A DNA stretch of 64,000 nt from Gloeobacterales cyanobacterium (lineage in GTDB: Bacteria; Cyanobacteriota; Cyanobacteriia; Gloeobacterales; PMM-0068). The position numbers and the translations under genes are program-made. Within the stretch, counting starts at the first letter, position 1; each line of letters starts with the position of its first letter. Shown here piece after piece: positions 8,279 to 18,673 of the stretch. A model generated the notes under the pieces. The model was not told the origin of the DNA. It made no database searches and was given only the letters and a program-made list of their open reading frames with translations. Location: assembly GCA_038245785.1 (NCBI GenBank), contig JBBRSB010000003.1:138750-202749 (forward strand). The letters run 5' to 3'.

Positions 8279-9388
8279 TTACTCCTGCACAAGTTGTCTA
8301 CGTTCAAGGTTGGGAAGGGCATACGAGGGCAGCAGATGCCGTCCAATTCCTTCGCTTTTTGATTTTTCAATCAGCTTTTTAGCCAAGTGTTGTGCAGCCT
8401 CCTGGGTAGTTATTTCAGCTTGTTCGGCGTGCTCAAAGATCTCTAGCAAGGTGCCGTAGATATTGCTTAGCTGCGTTTGGACGCGCCCTTCGTGGTAGCC
8501 AATCATTTCGTTGTAGACATTGATCAAACCGCCCGCATTAATCACATAGTCTGGGCAGTAGAGAATATTCCTAGCCGTGAGCAGCCGACTGTGTTTTTGC
8601 TCATCATCCAGTTGGTTGTTGGCAGCACCGGCGACGATAGAAGCTTGCAGGCGCGGAATTGTCGTATCGTTCAGCACCCCTCCCATTGCACAAGGAGAGA
8701 AGACATCAACAGATAGGTCATAGATGGCATCAGGATCGATGATGGTGGCTCCATAGAGGTCAGCCATTTCCTGCGCTCGTTCCTGTCGCACATCGCTGAC
8801 AAAAAGCTCGGCTCCCCGCTCTGAGAGAAGTTGGCACAGGACTTGACCGACATTGCCCAACCCCTGCACCGCCACTTTTAACCCTTCAAAGCTTTGCCGC
8901 TGCAGACGGAATTCGACAGCGGCCTGCATGCCGAGCAGCACTCCTGCCGCCGTTAAGGGAACAGGACCGCCAGATTCTGCCTTCACGCCCATTACATAAC
9001 TGGTTTCACGGTGAATTTGATGGACGTCACGCAGCGAAATATTGACATCCTGGCCCGTAATAAACTGCCCTTTGAGCCGCTCTATAAATCGGCCATAGGC
9101 TCTAAGTAGGCGGTCATTTTTTTGTTTTGGATCGGCAATGATCACGCCTTTGCCACCGCCCACCGGAATACGGGCACAGGCCGCTTTGTAGGTCATACCC
9201 CGACTAAGGCGCAGGGCATCACGCAGGGCAGCATCCTCGCTGGCATAGGGGAAAAGGCGCGTGGCGCCCATCGCTGAACCGAAGTCTGTGTTGTGCAGCG
9301 CAATGATCGCTTTGAGACCAGTCGCTGGGTCGTGGCAAAAGAGAACCTGCTGATGCTCTGTTTCTCTGGTCGTTTCAAACAGTTTCAC
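8279..9388 (-). CDS. scyB: ScyB-like Glu/Leu/Phe/Val-dehydrogenase family enzyme (tryptophan dehydrogenase)
   Basis: 369 aa with the family motif RIPVGGGKGVI and the Rossmann motif AVQGLGNVGQVL. It is positioned between scyA and scyC. Confidence 0.8.
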   Translation of the reverse strand: MKLFETTRETEHQQVLFCHDPATGLKAIIALHNTDFGSAMGATRLFPYASEDAALRDALRLSRGMTYKAACARIPVGGGKGVIIADPKQKNDRLLRAYGRFIERLKGQFITGQDVNISLRDVHQIHRETSYVMGVKAESGGPVPLTAAGVLLGMQAAVEFRLQRQSFEGLKVAVQGLGNVGQVLCQLLSERGAELFVSDVRQERAQEMADLYGATIIDPDAIYDLSVDVFSPCAMGGVLNDTTIPRLQASIVAGAANNQLDDEQKHSRLLTARNILYCPDYVINAGGLINVYNEMIGYHEGRVQTQLSNIYGTLLEIFEHAEQAEITTQEAAQHLAKKLIEKSKSEGIGRHLLPSYALPNLERRQLVQE

Positions 9389-9473
9389 GTGTACGATCTC
9401 CTCTTTGTTTTGCTGCTGGTTGTGACTTAAGCCCTTATTTAGCAGGGGGTTTAGCGTTTACTGCTGCCTGAAA

Positions 9474-11372
9474 TTATTCTGTAAGCGGAAAAGAAACCTG
9501 TTTAGCCGAACTTGTAGGTTCTCTAAGCTGGATGAGGCTATCGTTCCGGCCTCGGGACGGGGCAGGTCGATCGGGGTCGATCAGCACATCTATAACAAAG
9601 GGTCCCGTCGCTGACATGGCCTGCGTGAGCGCCTGCTCCAAGTCACTTTCCTGATGAACCCGAATACCGTTCGCGCCCATACCTTGGGCAATCGCCACAA
9701 AATCAGTGTCTGGAATCATCGCATCAGCACCCTTGAGTCCAAGCATGGCCATCCCTTGAACGCACATGTTGTAGCGAGCATCATTGAGAACAATCCAAAC
9801 GGCTGGGACTTGATGCTTGACAGCGGTGCTAATTTCGTTGTTCATCAGCATTGAGCCATCCCCTGTAATCACTACTGCCTTACGTTTAGCAGCTTGAGCG
9901 AGACCGACCACGCCTGTAACCATATGACCCATGGCGCCGAGCCCGGTACTGACGCGATAGCGCCGTGGGTGAGAGAAGCGGAGTCGATGGGTCGCCCAAG
10001 TAAAGGAGTTGCCCGACTCCGCTAGCACAATCGCATTACTGCGGTCGATAACGAGTCGCTGGATCACATCCATCAATACTTCTGGGCGGACTAAGGAGCT
10101 ATGGGAGCCATTGCTGCTGGGCAGGGTGGCGACATGAGGACGGGGAAATGTCGGTGCTGGTTGGCTCGCTGGATCAGGGAAATGCTGCAGCAGCTCTGTC
10201 ATAAACAAATTAATCTCAGCCTGGATTGGCAGGGTCGGGGCCAGCGGATAGGCCACCCCTGGCACATTGGGGTCAATATCGACATGCAGAAAGCCGCCCG
10301 ACGGAACCATGGCGGCACTCCAAAAAGAGGTGGGCTCACCCAAGCGGGTACCAAGAACAAGAATGTGCGCTGGAGGCTGTTCGCGCATGTAGGTCAGAAC
10401 GGACTCATGCCCTCCCACTCCAGTCACGCCAACAAACTGAGGATGGTCTTCTGGGAAAATGCCTTTGCCACGCGGAGAACACATGACCGCCGCCCCAGTC
10501 CGTGCTGCCAGCTGGCGAATTGGTTCTGCGGCTAGCCGTGCACCAAAGCCGAGCCAGATAGCAAAGGGGGCAGAGGCTAAAATCTGCGCACAGTGGGCGA
10601 TGGTTGACGCACTGGGTATGATTTGAAACTGATGAGGCTGAGCAGTCTCAAGGGTTGGGAAGGTTGGGACGTGAGCAGGGGAAACCAGACTCGACTGCAC
10701 CCCGGTTGGAATGCTGATGTGCGCGACAAAACTTCCTGGTTGAGCCAGACCCAGTGCCAACCGGCGGGCAACTTGGGGCAACTCTTCTGGCGATTCTAAG
10801 GTCATGGCATAGTCAAAAAGCGCACCAGCGGTGAAGATGCCGCTATGAGGCATGCTGTGAATACTGGTTTCCTGGATCGCACCTCGTCCTCGTTGAGCGG
10901 CTGAAGTACAGGCCGACAGGAGAATTACTTTTGCGCCTTCCCCCCGCGCCGCTAGCAATCCCGTAAGCGCATTGGTAATTCCTGGACCGGCTGTGGTGAA
11001 TACGACCGTAGGTAAATCGCTGGCAAAATGGGCTTCGGTGGCAGCAAAGGCCGCACCCCCTTCATGGCGACAGTGAATGACAGAAATCTTTTGACTGTGA
11101 GAGAGGGAAAGCCAGAGAGAGGCGACGGCTCCCCCAGCGACCCCAAAGGCCGACTGAACACCCAAGTTCTCCAGCACGTTTACCAGTGCATTAGTGACTG
11201 TTAAAGGAGCAGCTAGCGGTGTGAAGCCAACTGCCATTTCGTCGGATTGAGACTGATGACTGTTATCTCTTTCGGAAATAATGCGATCGGCCACTACGGA
11301 TGGGACGGGCGCAGCAGCAATGTCAAGTCTGGGAACAGCTTCAGCGAATTTGTGAGATTTTTGAGTACTCAT
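9474..11372 (-). CDS. scyA: ScyA-like thiamine-diphosphate-dependent acyloin-forming enzyme (acetolactate synthase homolog)
   Basis: ORF 9474..11423 trimmed to ATG 11370-11372 (MSTQKSHKF...), which is preceded by AGGAG. It has ThDP-enzyme features (GVAGGAVASLW, TAGPGITNALTGL, ITGDGSMLMNNEISTAV). It is the first gene of the leftward operon. Confidence 0.8.
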   Translation of the reverse strand: MSTQKSHKFAEAVPRLDIAAAPVPSVVADRIISERDNSHQSQSDEMAVGFTPLAAPLTVTNALVNVLENLGVQSAFGVAGGAVASLWLSLSHSQKISVIHCRHEGGAAFAATEAHFASDLPTVVFTTAGPGITNALTGLLAARGEGAKVILLSACTSAAQRGRGAIQETSIHSMPHSGIFTAGALFDYAMTLESPEELPQVARRLALGLAQPGSFVAHISIPTGVQSSLVSPAHVPTFPTLETAQPHQFQIIPSASTIAHCAQILASAPFAIWLGFGARLAAEPIRQLAARTGAAVMCSPRGKGIFPEDHPQFVGVTGVGGHESVLTYMREQPPAHILVLGTRLGEPTSFWSAAMVPSGGFLHVDIDPNVPGVAYPLAPTLPIQAEINLFMTELLQHFPDPASQPAPTFPRPHVATLPSSNGSHSSLVRPEVLMDVIQRLVIDRSNAIVLAESGNSFTWATHRLRFSHPRRYRVSTGLGAMGHMVTGVVGLAQAAKRKAVVITGDGSMLMNNEISTAVKHQVPAVWIVLNDARYNMCVQGMAMLGLKGADAMIPDTDFVAIAQGMGANGIRVHQESDLEQALTQAMSATGPFVIDVLIDPDRPAPSRGRNDSLIQLREPTSSAKQVSFPLTE

Positions 11373-11637
11373 CCTTGCTTTTCTCCTGATGAAATCTGGA
11401 CTGCAATAAACTTTGAGAGGCACTAAAACAGCCAGTCTTTTAAACTTGATGAGTCAACAAAAATAGTCATCAAATACCGATAGAAATCAGTTTAAAACAC
11501 ATAAATAATGCATTGAGATTCACAGAGTGACTATGCAAAGCAAAACATTCTGTATCATCTTTTTTCATCTGTAGAGCTCAATCACAACTCAGTAACAGTA
11601 GCAATTGAAGTTTAATCAGACTTACAAAGCAGCACAA

Positions 11638-11671
11638 GGACATTTTTTTTGACATCTCTAAAAAAATGTCC
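11638..11671. promoter_or_regulatory. 12-bp perfect inverted repeat in the scyA/trpE divergent control region
   Basis: ggacattttttt (11638-11649) and aaaaaaatgtcc (11660-11671) flank a 10-nt spacer. The repeat lies inside the ~670 bp AT-rich gap between divergently transcribed scyA and trpE. Confidence 0.4.
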
Positions 11672-12096
11672 ATTCTTTCGATAAGGTCGCGCGTTATACA
11701 AGAGTTCCACGACACGAAAATCACCATCAATTTATATACTAAGATCTTGGCATCAAAGCTTTTATACCCAAAGAGTGAAGACAATTTTTTCTCATGCTGA
11801 AGTAATTCACAAGCTAAGCTACTGCTCTACCATTGCGAATGAGAACCAACTGGAGATACTAAAGAATAGACACTTACCCTATCGAGTTGGAAAAGCATCA
11901 AAAAATTTGTCCTTGCCCATCAATAATTGCAAGTGCCAGTATTGAGACTCGTAAAGGCAATTGCTAGTAGCAACCCAAACGAACTGTTTACTTTATCGAC
12001 TGGTTGCAGTGAAGCTTGAGCTGATGCACAACTTCCAGTTATTCACTCTATCTAGCTAGCGACTCGATCACGAGAACAACCCCAAGGGAATTCTTA

Positions 12097-14337
12097 ATGA
12101 ATTTTGACTTCCATCGCTATAAGACTTACGGAGGGATCCGCATATCGCGCTCCGTTTCCAAGGTCGATCAAGACACGGCAATTGACCACGTGCGGTCGCA
12201 GCTCAATGTCCAGCGGGGAGCCTTGCTGTCTAGCAGCTATGAGTATCCAGGACGGTATAAGCGCTGGGCAATCGGTTTTATCAACCCGCCTCTGGAGCTG
12301 TCTACGCGCGGAAACACCTTTAAGCTGACGGCCCACAACGAGCGCGGGGCATTACTGCTCCCTTTGTTGGCAGAGCGACTACAGGCGCAGGCGCAAATCC
12401 AGCACGTGCAGAGGGCGCAGTACACGATTGAAGGCGCGATTGTCCCTGTCACAGAACCCTTTGCCGAAGAGGAACGCAGTCAGCAGCCATCCGCGTTCAG
12501 CGTCATTCGCGCGCTGCTGGATTTGTTCGCCAGTCCGGAAGATGAACACTTGGGGCTCTATGGTGCCTTTGGCTATGATTTGGTCTTTCAATTTGAACCG
12601 ATTCAACAAGCGCTGCAACGTCCAGCGGATCAGCGCGACTTGGTACTGTACCTACCCGATGAGCTAATCGTTGTCGACTACTACCTGCAGCAGACTTTAC
12701 GCTACACCTATGATTTTGAGACTGCCCATGGCAGCACCTCTGGTTTGGCGCGCACGGGCGAGGTGATCGACTACCGAGGCACCAGTGTTATCGATCAGCA
12801 AAGCGTGCCCTCGACACCTTCGACACCCGTATCTGGAGCCTATGCTGCCCAAGTTGAAGAAGCCAAGAAGTATTTCTGTCGGGGCGACCTCTTCGAAGTC
12901 GTGCTCAGTCAACAATTCTCCACTGCTTGTCAAGCATCCCCCGTCCAACTCTTCCAGACGCTTCAGCAAATCAACCCCAGCCCCTATGGTTTTCTACTCA
13001 ACCTCGGCGGTGAGTATCTGATTGGAGCCTCGCCTGAGATGTTTGTGCGCGTGGAAGGCAAGCGCGTGGAGACCTGCCCGATTAGCGGCACGATTCTGCG
13101 CGGGCAAGACGCCATGGGAGATGCCGAGCAAATTCGTCAGCTGCTCAACTCCTATAAGGACGAGACGGAACTAACGATGTGTACGGATGTCGACCGCAAC
13201 GACAAATCGCGCGTCTGTATTCCTGGCAGCGTGAAGGTGATTGGTCGTCGTCAAATTGAGCTATACAGCCATGTGATTCACACGGTCGATCATGTGGAAG
13301 GCATTCTGCGACCGGAATTTGATGCCCTGGATGCTTTTTTGTCCCATACCTGGGCCGTCACGGTCACAGGTGCTCCGAAGCGGGCGGCGATGCAGTTTAT
13401 CGAACGTCATGAAGACAGTGCGCGGCGATGGTATGGCGGTGCCGTCGGACGCCTTACGTTTAATGGCGATATGAATACGGGCTTAACGCTGCGCACCATC
13501 CGCTTTCAGAATGCGGTCGCAGAAGTTCGGGTCGGTGCTACTCTACTCTACGATTCCGTTCCCGAGGATGAAGCGCAAGAGACCTTGACCAAGGCAGCAG
13601 CTTTATTTGAGACCTTGAATAAAGCTGCCACCGGGGCTTTCGTTCCGCCAAAAGTCCGTCGAGGCGTTCCCATCGCAAGCAGTGAGGCGCAAGCCAGAGC
13701 CAGTTCAGGCAAGCGCGTTCTTTTGATTGACTACGAGGATTCTTTTGTCCATACCCTGGCGAATTACATCCGCCAAACCGGGGCGACGGTCACTACTTTA
13801 CGTCATGGTTTCTCCGTAGAGACCTTTGAGCGTGAACGTCCCGATCTAGTTGTGCTCTCTCCAGGACCGGGCAGACCGAACGACTTTCATGTTCCGCAAA
13901 CGGTCCGAGATTGCATCCAGCGGCAAATCCCTCTATTTGGCGTGTGCCTAGGTCTGCAGGGAATTGTCGAAGCCTTGGGTGGAACGCTGGGCGTTCTGAA
14001 CCCACCGCAGCACGGCAAGTCCTCTGAATTAAGGGTTACGGACCAAGAGTCTGCCCTGTTCCAAGGATTGCCTGAAGTATTTCCAATCGGGCGCTACCAC
14101 TCGCTCTATGCCCTGCCTGAGCGGCTCCCTGGGGATCTTAAGGTCACGGCGCTATCTCAGGACAACGTAATCATGGCCGTTGAGCATCGTCATCTACCAA
14201 TTGCGGCAGTGCAGTTCCATCCTGAATCGATCATGACTTTAGCCGGAGATGTGGGTTTGGCCATTATCCAGAACGTGCTCCAGACCTATGCCACAGCGTC
14301 TACGACCATAGAGGCAAGGCCAACTCCTGTGCGCTGA
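12097..14337 (+). CDS. trpE: Fused anthranilate synthase, components I and II (TrpE-TrpG)
   Basis: 746 aa. The N-terminal ~520 aa is a chorismate-binding TrpE (…GASPEMFVRV…, …TGAPKRAAMQFIE…). The C-terminal ~200 aa is a glutamine amidotransferase (…LFGVCLGLQGIVEA…, …AAVQFHPESI…). Confidence 0.9.
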   Translation: MNFDFHRYKTYGGIRISRSVSKVDQDTAIDHVRSQLNVQRGALLSSSYEYPGRYKRWAIGFINPPLELSTRGNTFKLTAHNERGALLLPLLAERLQAQAQIQHVQRAQYTIEGAIVPVTEPFAEEERSQQPSAFSVIRALLDLFASPEDEHLGLYGAFGYDLVFQFEPIQQALQRPADQRDLVLYLPDELIVVDYYLQQTLRYTYDFETAHGSTSGLARTGEVIDYRGTSVIDQQSVPSTPSTPVSGAYAAQVEEAKKYFCRGDLFEVVLSQQFSTACQASPVQLFQTLQQINPSPYGFLLNLGGEYLIGASPEMFVRVEGKRVETCPISGTILRGQDAMGDAEQIRQLLNSYKDETELTMCTDVDRNDKSRVCIPGSVKVIGRRQIELYSHVIHTVDHVEGILRPEFDALDAFLSHTWAVTVTGAPKRAAMQFIERHEDSARRWYGGAVGRLTFNGDMNTGLTLRTIRFQNAVAEVRVGATLLYDSVPEDEAQETLTKAAALFETLNKAATGAFVPPKVRRGVPIASSEAQARASSGKRVLLIDYEDSFVHTLANYIRQTGATVTTLRHGFSVETFERERPDLVVLSPGPGRPNDFHVPQTVRDCIQRQIPLFGVCLGLQGIVEALGGTLGVLNPPQHGKSSELRVTDQESALFQGLPEVFPIGRYHSLYALPERLPGDLKVTALSQDNVIMAVEHRHLPIAAVQFHPESIMTLAGDVGLAIIQNVLQTYATASTTIEARPTPVR

Positions 14338-14425
14338 GTTTAATAAGTCCTCTGTCTCTGAAAGAAAGAGCGCTCTAATCTTCTTCCCGTCATCCTCCTT
14401 CCTCTCTCCTTGCTGAGGTGCAGCC

Positions 14426-15277
14426 ATGCCCATTCCTTCCATGCCTACAACCAGCGCAGCGCCCCAGATCCTGAAAACCATCGTGCGCCATAAACGAGAG
14501 GAGGTTCAGCAACAGCAGGCTCAACTTCCTCTCGTTCAGCTGCAGCAAGTAAGCAGTACGCCCAGAGGCAAAATCAGCTTTCTCAACGCGCTGCAAAACA
14601 GCCAGCGTTCGCCCAGCTTGATTGCTGAGGTTAAAAAAGCATCCCCTAGTAAAGGCTTAATTCGTGACGATTTTGATCCCGTAGCCATCGCTCAGGCCTA
14701 TGAGCGCGCCGGGGCTGCCTGCATTTCGGTCCTGACCGATCAGCAGTTCTTTCAGGGTAGCTTTGACGATTTGCAGGCGGTGCGTCAGCAGGTGTCTCTG
14801 CCGCTGCTATGCAAAGAGTTTGTAGTGGATGCTTATCAGATTTACAAAGCGCGAGCAGCAGGAGCCGATGCGGTGCTGCTGATTGCAGCCGTCTTGTCGG
14901 ACCAAGAACTGCGAGACTTCCTGCGGCTGGCTCATGACTTGGGTATGGAAGCGTTGGTGGAGGTACATACCCTGGCAGAGCTTGAGCGGGTTATTCCCCT
15001 GCCAGAAATAGCTTTAATCGGTATCAACAACCGCAATCTGAACGATTTTACGGTTGACCTGGGTACCACCCGGCAGTTGATGACTGCCTACCGCCAGCAA
15101 TTCAGCGATCTGGGGATCGTCACGGTCAGCGAGTCGGGATTGCATACGGTTGCCGACCTCGCCTTCGTCACGGCTATGGGTGTCCGGGCCGTGCTCATCG
15201 GTGAAGCGCTGCTCAAACAACCCGACGTAGAGCGAGCTATCCGCAACTTGTTCTATACCCAACTTGATAACGGTTAA
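14426..15277 (+). CDS. trpC: Indole-3-glycerol-phosphate synthase
   Basis: 283 aa with [29 protein letters not shown] and GINNRNL motifs. Confidence 0.9.
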   Translation: MPIPSMPTTSAAPQILKTIVRHKREEVQQQQAQLPLVQLQQVSSTPRGKISFLNALQNSQRSPSLIAEVKKASPSKGLIRDDFDPVAIAQAYERAGAACISVLTDQQFFQGSFDDLQAVRQQVSLPLLCKEFVVDAYQIYKARAAGADAVLLIAAVLSDQELRDFLRLAHDLGMEALVEVHTLAELERVIPLPEIALIGINNRNLNDFTVDLGTTRQLMTAYRQQFSDLGIVTVSESGLHTVADLAFVTAMGVRAVLIGEALLKQPDVERAIRNLFYTQLDNG

Positions 15278-15296
15278 CCCTTACGGTCTCACTTCT

Positions 15297-16142
15297 ATGA
15301 CAACCACCACAGCGCACTCCCTAACCATTACTCAAGGATTCCAGGCACTCCGTGAGCGCCAGCACTGCGCCCTGATTCCGTTTATTACGGCAGGAGATCC
15401 TGATCTGGCAACAACGGCGGCGGCTCTGCAAATCCTCGATCGCAACGGGGCTGACTTTATTGAACTAGGGGTCCCTTATTCTGATCCTTTGGCCGACGGT
15501 CCCGTGATTCAAGCGGCGGCTACGCGGGCGCTACAGCGAGGCACCCGTCTAGAGTCTGTGCTCGGGATGCTCAAGTCCATTGGCCCCCGGTTAAAAGCGC
15601 CGATTATTCTCTTCACCTACTACAACCCAATCTTGAATTGCGGTGTTGCAACATTTCTGCAGAGAATCGCTGAGGTAGGCGTGAAAGGATTGGTGGTGCC
15701 TGATTTACCGATTGAGGAGGCCGCCGAACTGCTGAGGCTGGCAACTGATTTGGGTATTGAAGTCATTCTGCTTGTGGCACCCAACAGCTCAAAAGAGCGC
15801 ATTACTACGATTGCGCAGCAGTCTCAGGGCTTTATCTATCTCGTCAGCGTGACGGGGGTGACGGGAACACGCTCAAGCATCGAATCTCGTGTAGAAACGC
15901 TACTGCAAAATCTGCGGAGCATTACCGATAAGCCGATTGGGGTAGGCTTTGGAATTTCCAGCCCAGACCAGGCACGTCAGGCGCGCGTCTGGGGAGCAGA
16001 TGCCGTGATTGTGGGCAGTGCCTTCGTCAAGCACCTGGCGTCAGACTCTCCAACGGAAGGATTGCAGGCTATAGCCACGCTCTGTCGTGATTTGAAAGCG
16101 GCCATCGGTAATGAGAGCGCCAAGAGTCTATCGAAAACATAA
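15297..16142 (+). CDS. trpA: Tryptophan synthase alpha chain
   Basis: ORF 15264..16142 trimmed to ATG 15297. Motifs [30 protein letters not shown] and VGFGIS are present. Confidence 0.9.
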   Translation: MTTTTAHSLTITQGFQALRERQHCALIPFITAGDPDLATTAAALQILDRNGADFIELGVPYSDPLADGPVIQAAATRALQRGTRLESVLGMLKSIGPRLKAPIILFTYYNPILNCGVATFLQRIAEVGVKGLVVPDLPIEEAAELLRLATDLGIEVILLVAPNSSKERITTIAQQSQGFIYLVSVTGVTGTRSSIESRVETLLQNLRSITDKPIGVGFGISSPDQARQARVWGADAVIVGSAFVKHLASDSPTEGLQAIATLCRDLKAAIGNESAKSLSKT

Positions 16143-16168
16143 ATGACCCAATTCGGGAGGATCTTACC

Positions 16169-17410
16169 TTGACCAGTATTCTAACTAACAGTACGCACCC
16201 AACCGCTCAGACTCAACGTCCTGATGCCCTCGGTCGATTCGGACCGTTTGGCGGCAAATACGTCCCAGAGACGCTGATGCCTGCCCTGGCCGAACTTGAA
16301 GACGCCGTTCAGCAATGCCGCGCCGACGCTACTTTTCAAGCAGAACTGCATCAGCTTCTACATGACTATGTGGGCCGACCCAGCCCGCTCTATTTTGCCG
16401 AACGCCTAACGGCGCACTACGCCCGCCCTGATGGCACAGGCCCGCAAATCTATCTCAAACGAGAGGACCTAAATCATACGGGGGCGCACAAAATTAATAA
16501 CGCCGTCGCCCAAGCGCTGCTGGCAAAGCGGATGGGAAAACAGCGCGTCATTGCTGAAACGGGAGCAGGCCAACATGGGGTTGCAACGGCAACCGCCTGT
16601 GCTCGTTTTGGACTCAGCTGCGTGATTTACATGGGCATCCACGACATGAAGCGACAGGAGCTGAACGTGTTTCGGATGCGCTTGCTCGGGGCGGAAGTAC
16701 GACCTGTTGAGGCCGGTACCGGTACGCTCAAGGATGCAACCTCCGAAGCGATCCGCGATTGGGTCACAAACGTGGAAACGACTCACTATATCCTCGGGTC
16801 GGTAGCAGGGCCTCATCCTTACCCGATGATTGTGCGTGACTTTCATGCCGTGATTGGGAAAGAAACCCGTGTTCAATGCCAGGAGCATTGGGGAGGACTG
16901 CCGGATATTCTGCTGGCCTGCGTCGGCGGCGGCTCAAATGCGATCGGCCTGTTTCATGAGTTCATCGACGAACCGACCGTGCGGCTGATCGGGGTAGAAG
17001 CAGCGGGAGAGGGCATCGACACGCAGAAGCACGCTGCCACCTTGACCCTGGGACGCGTCGGCGTACTGCACGGAGCGATGAGCTACCTGCTGCAAGATGA
17101 AGACGGTCAAATCATCGAACCCCATTCAATTAGCGCTGGACTCGACTATCCCGGTGTCGGGCCAGAGCATAGCTATCTCAAGGACGCACGCCGCGCCGAA
17201 TATTACAGCGTTACGGATACTCAGGCACTCGCTGCTTTCCAGCAGCTTGCGCAACTTGAAGGCATCATTCCAGCGTTAGAAACTGCCCATGCCGTCGCCT
17301 ATTTGGAAACGCTCTGCCCTCAGATGAGAGACAGTCCTCGGATTGTGCTCAACTGCTCTGGGCGAGGCGATAAGGATGTGCAAACCGTGATTAACACGCT
17401 GGATCTCTAA
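16169..17410 (+). CDS. trpB: Tryptophan synthase beta chain
   Basis: 413 aa with [25 protein letters not shown] and GGGSNAIG. The apparent start is TTG at 16169, with GGGAGG 8 nt upstream. The nearby ATG 16143 is in another frame and terminates after 9 codons. Confidence 0.9.
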   Translation: MTSILTNSTHPTAQTQRPDALGRFGPFGGKYVPETLMPALAELEDAVQQCRADATFQAELHQLLHDYVGRPSPLYFAERLTAHYARPDGTGPQIYLKREDLNHTGAHKINNAVAQALLAKRMGKQRVIAETGAGQHGVATATACARFGLSCVIYMGIHDMKRQELNVFRMRLLGAEVRPVEAGTGTLKDATSEAIRDWVTNVETTHYILGSVAGPHPYPMIVRDFHAVIGKETRVQCQEHWGGLPDILLACVGGGSNAIGLFHEFIDEPTVRLIGVEAAGEGIDTQKHAATLTLGRVGVLHGAMSYLLQDEDGQIIEPHSISAGLDYPGVGPEHSYLKDARRAEYYSVTDTQALAAFQQLAQLEGIIPALETAHAVAYLETLCPQMRDSPRIVLNCSGRGDKDVQTVINTLDL

Positions 17411-17420
17411 AGCCCCCCGG

Positions 17421-17438
17421 CCCCCCAATTCTGGGGGG
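17421..17438. repeat. Palindromic hairpin repeat CCCCCC-AATTCT-GGGGGG (copy 2 of 3)
   Basis: It begins 11 nt after the trpB stop and is followed by gagaagcatcc. It may act as an intra-operon terminator or processing hairpin. Confidence 0.75.
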
Positions 17439-17500
17439 AGAAGCATCCTTCGCTTCAGACCCTATTTTCAATTCTTCGAACGGCCAACGGCATACAAAGC

Positions 17501-17516
17501 CCCCCAATTCTGGGGG
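17501..17516. repeat. Palindromic hairpin repeat CCCCC-AATTCT-GGGGG (copy 3 of 3)
   Basis: This is the second copy in the trpB/DAHP-synthase spacer. It is followed by atttggggggcaagcatctcc, so both spacer copies are trailed by AAGCATC. Confidence 0.75.
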
Positions 17517-17577
17517 ATTTGGGGGGCAAGCATCTCCATATGCTCCAAAATCAACAACCTAACAGAGGATAAAAGTC

Positions 17578-18642
17578 ATGATCATAGTCGTAAAGACAGG
17601 GGCACCAGAGGCTGAAATTACCCGTATTGGAAAAGACCTGTACCGTGAGTATGGCGTTACTTCTGAAAAGCTCGCTGGACAGAGCAAGGTCGTCATTGGC
17701 CTGATTGGTGAAACAGCTACGCTCAATCGTCAGCAAATACAGGCCATCAGTCCCTGGATTGAGCAAGTTTTACGGATCGAGCAACCATTCAAGCGCGTAA
17801 GCCGAGAATATCGACAGGGCATAGCGAGTGAAGTCGTGGTTTCTACGCCAAATGGCCCCGTTGCTTTCGGAGAGCAGCATCCACTGGTGCTAACCGCTGG
17901 CCCTTGCTCCGTTGAAAACGAGGCGATGATTGTAGAAACGGCAAAGCGTGTCAAAGCGGCAGGGGCACAATTTTTGCGTGGTGGAGCCTTTAAGCCTCGC
18001 TCATCACCCTACGCCTTCCAAGGCCATGGCGAAAGTGCTTTAGAATTGCTGGCGGCAGCCCGTAGCGCTACCGGGCTGGGAATTATCACCGAACTGATGG
18101 ACGCTGCGGATCTGGAACAGGTGGCAGCCGTGGCTGATGTGATCCAAATCGGTGCCCGCAATATGCAAAATTTCTCGCTGCTCAAGAAGGTGGGTGCTCA
18201 AGATAAGCCTGTGCTGCTCAAGCGTGGTCCATCGGCCAACATTGATGAGTGGCTCCTAGCAGCGGAGTATCTGCTCGCTGCCGGAAATCCGAATGTGATT
18301 CTCTGTGAGCGCGGCATTCGCACGTTTGATTCTAAATACGCACGCAATACTTTAGATTTATCAGTTATTCCCGTGCTCAGGCTGTTGACCCATCTGCCGA
18401 TCATGATTGATCCGAGTCATGGCACAGGGCGCTCCCAGTATGTCCCGGCGATGGCGATGGCAGCCATCGCTGCTGGTACCGATGCTTTGATGATCGAAGT
18501 CCATCCCGACCCCGCAAAAGCGCTCTCCGATGGCCCACAGTCGCTGACTCCTCAGCAATTTGATGAGCTCACCGTACAAATGGCGGTGATTAGCAAAGCT
18601 GTGGGGCGCTGGTCACAGCCTGCTGTTGCCGCAATCGCCTAA
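17578..18642 (+). CDS. aroG: 3-deoxy-7-phosphoheptulonate (DAHP) synthase, type I-beta with N-terminal regulatory domain
   Basis: 354 aa. A ~75-aa ACT/ferredoxin-like N-terminal domain (MIIVVKTGAPEAEI...) precedes the KDSA/DAHPS I-beta core (AGPCSVENE, FLRGGAFKPRSSPY, IGARNMQNF, DPSHGTG). Confidence 0.85.
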   Translation: MIIVVKTGAPEAEITRIGKDLYREYGVTSEKLAGQSKVVIGLIGETATLNRQQIQAISPWIEQVLRIEQPFKRVSREYRQGIASEVVVSTPNGPVAFGEQHPLVLTAGPCSVENEAMIVETAKRVKAAGAQFLRGGAFKPRSSPYAFQGHGESALELLAAARSATGLGIITELMDAADLEQVAAVADVIQIGARNMQNFSLLKKVGAQDKPVLLKRGPSANIDEWLLAAEYLLAAGNPNVILCERGIRTFDSKYARNTLDLSVIPVLRLLTHLPIMIDPSHGTGRSQYVPAMAMAAIAAGTDALMIEVHPDPAKALSDGPQSLTPQQFDELTVQMAVISKAVGRWSQPAVAAIA

Positions 18643-18673
18643 TCTGCCATCTGTTTCACAGGAGCGCACAAGG

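Noticed and set aside
12024-12059. 11-codon mini-ORF (MHNFQLFTLSS) upstream of trpE. I considered it as a trp-type leader peptide for attenuation.
   Set aside because: It contains no Trp codons, and no terminator/antiterminator pair follows it.
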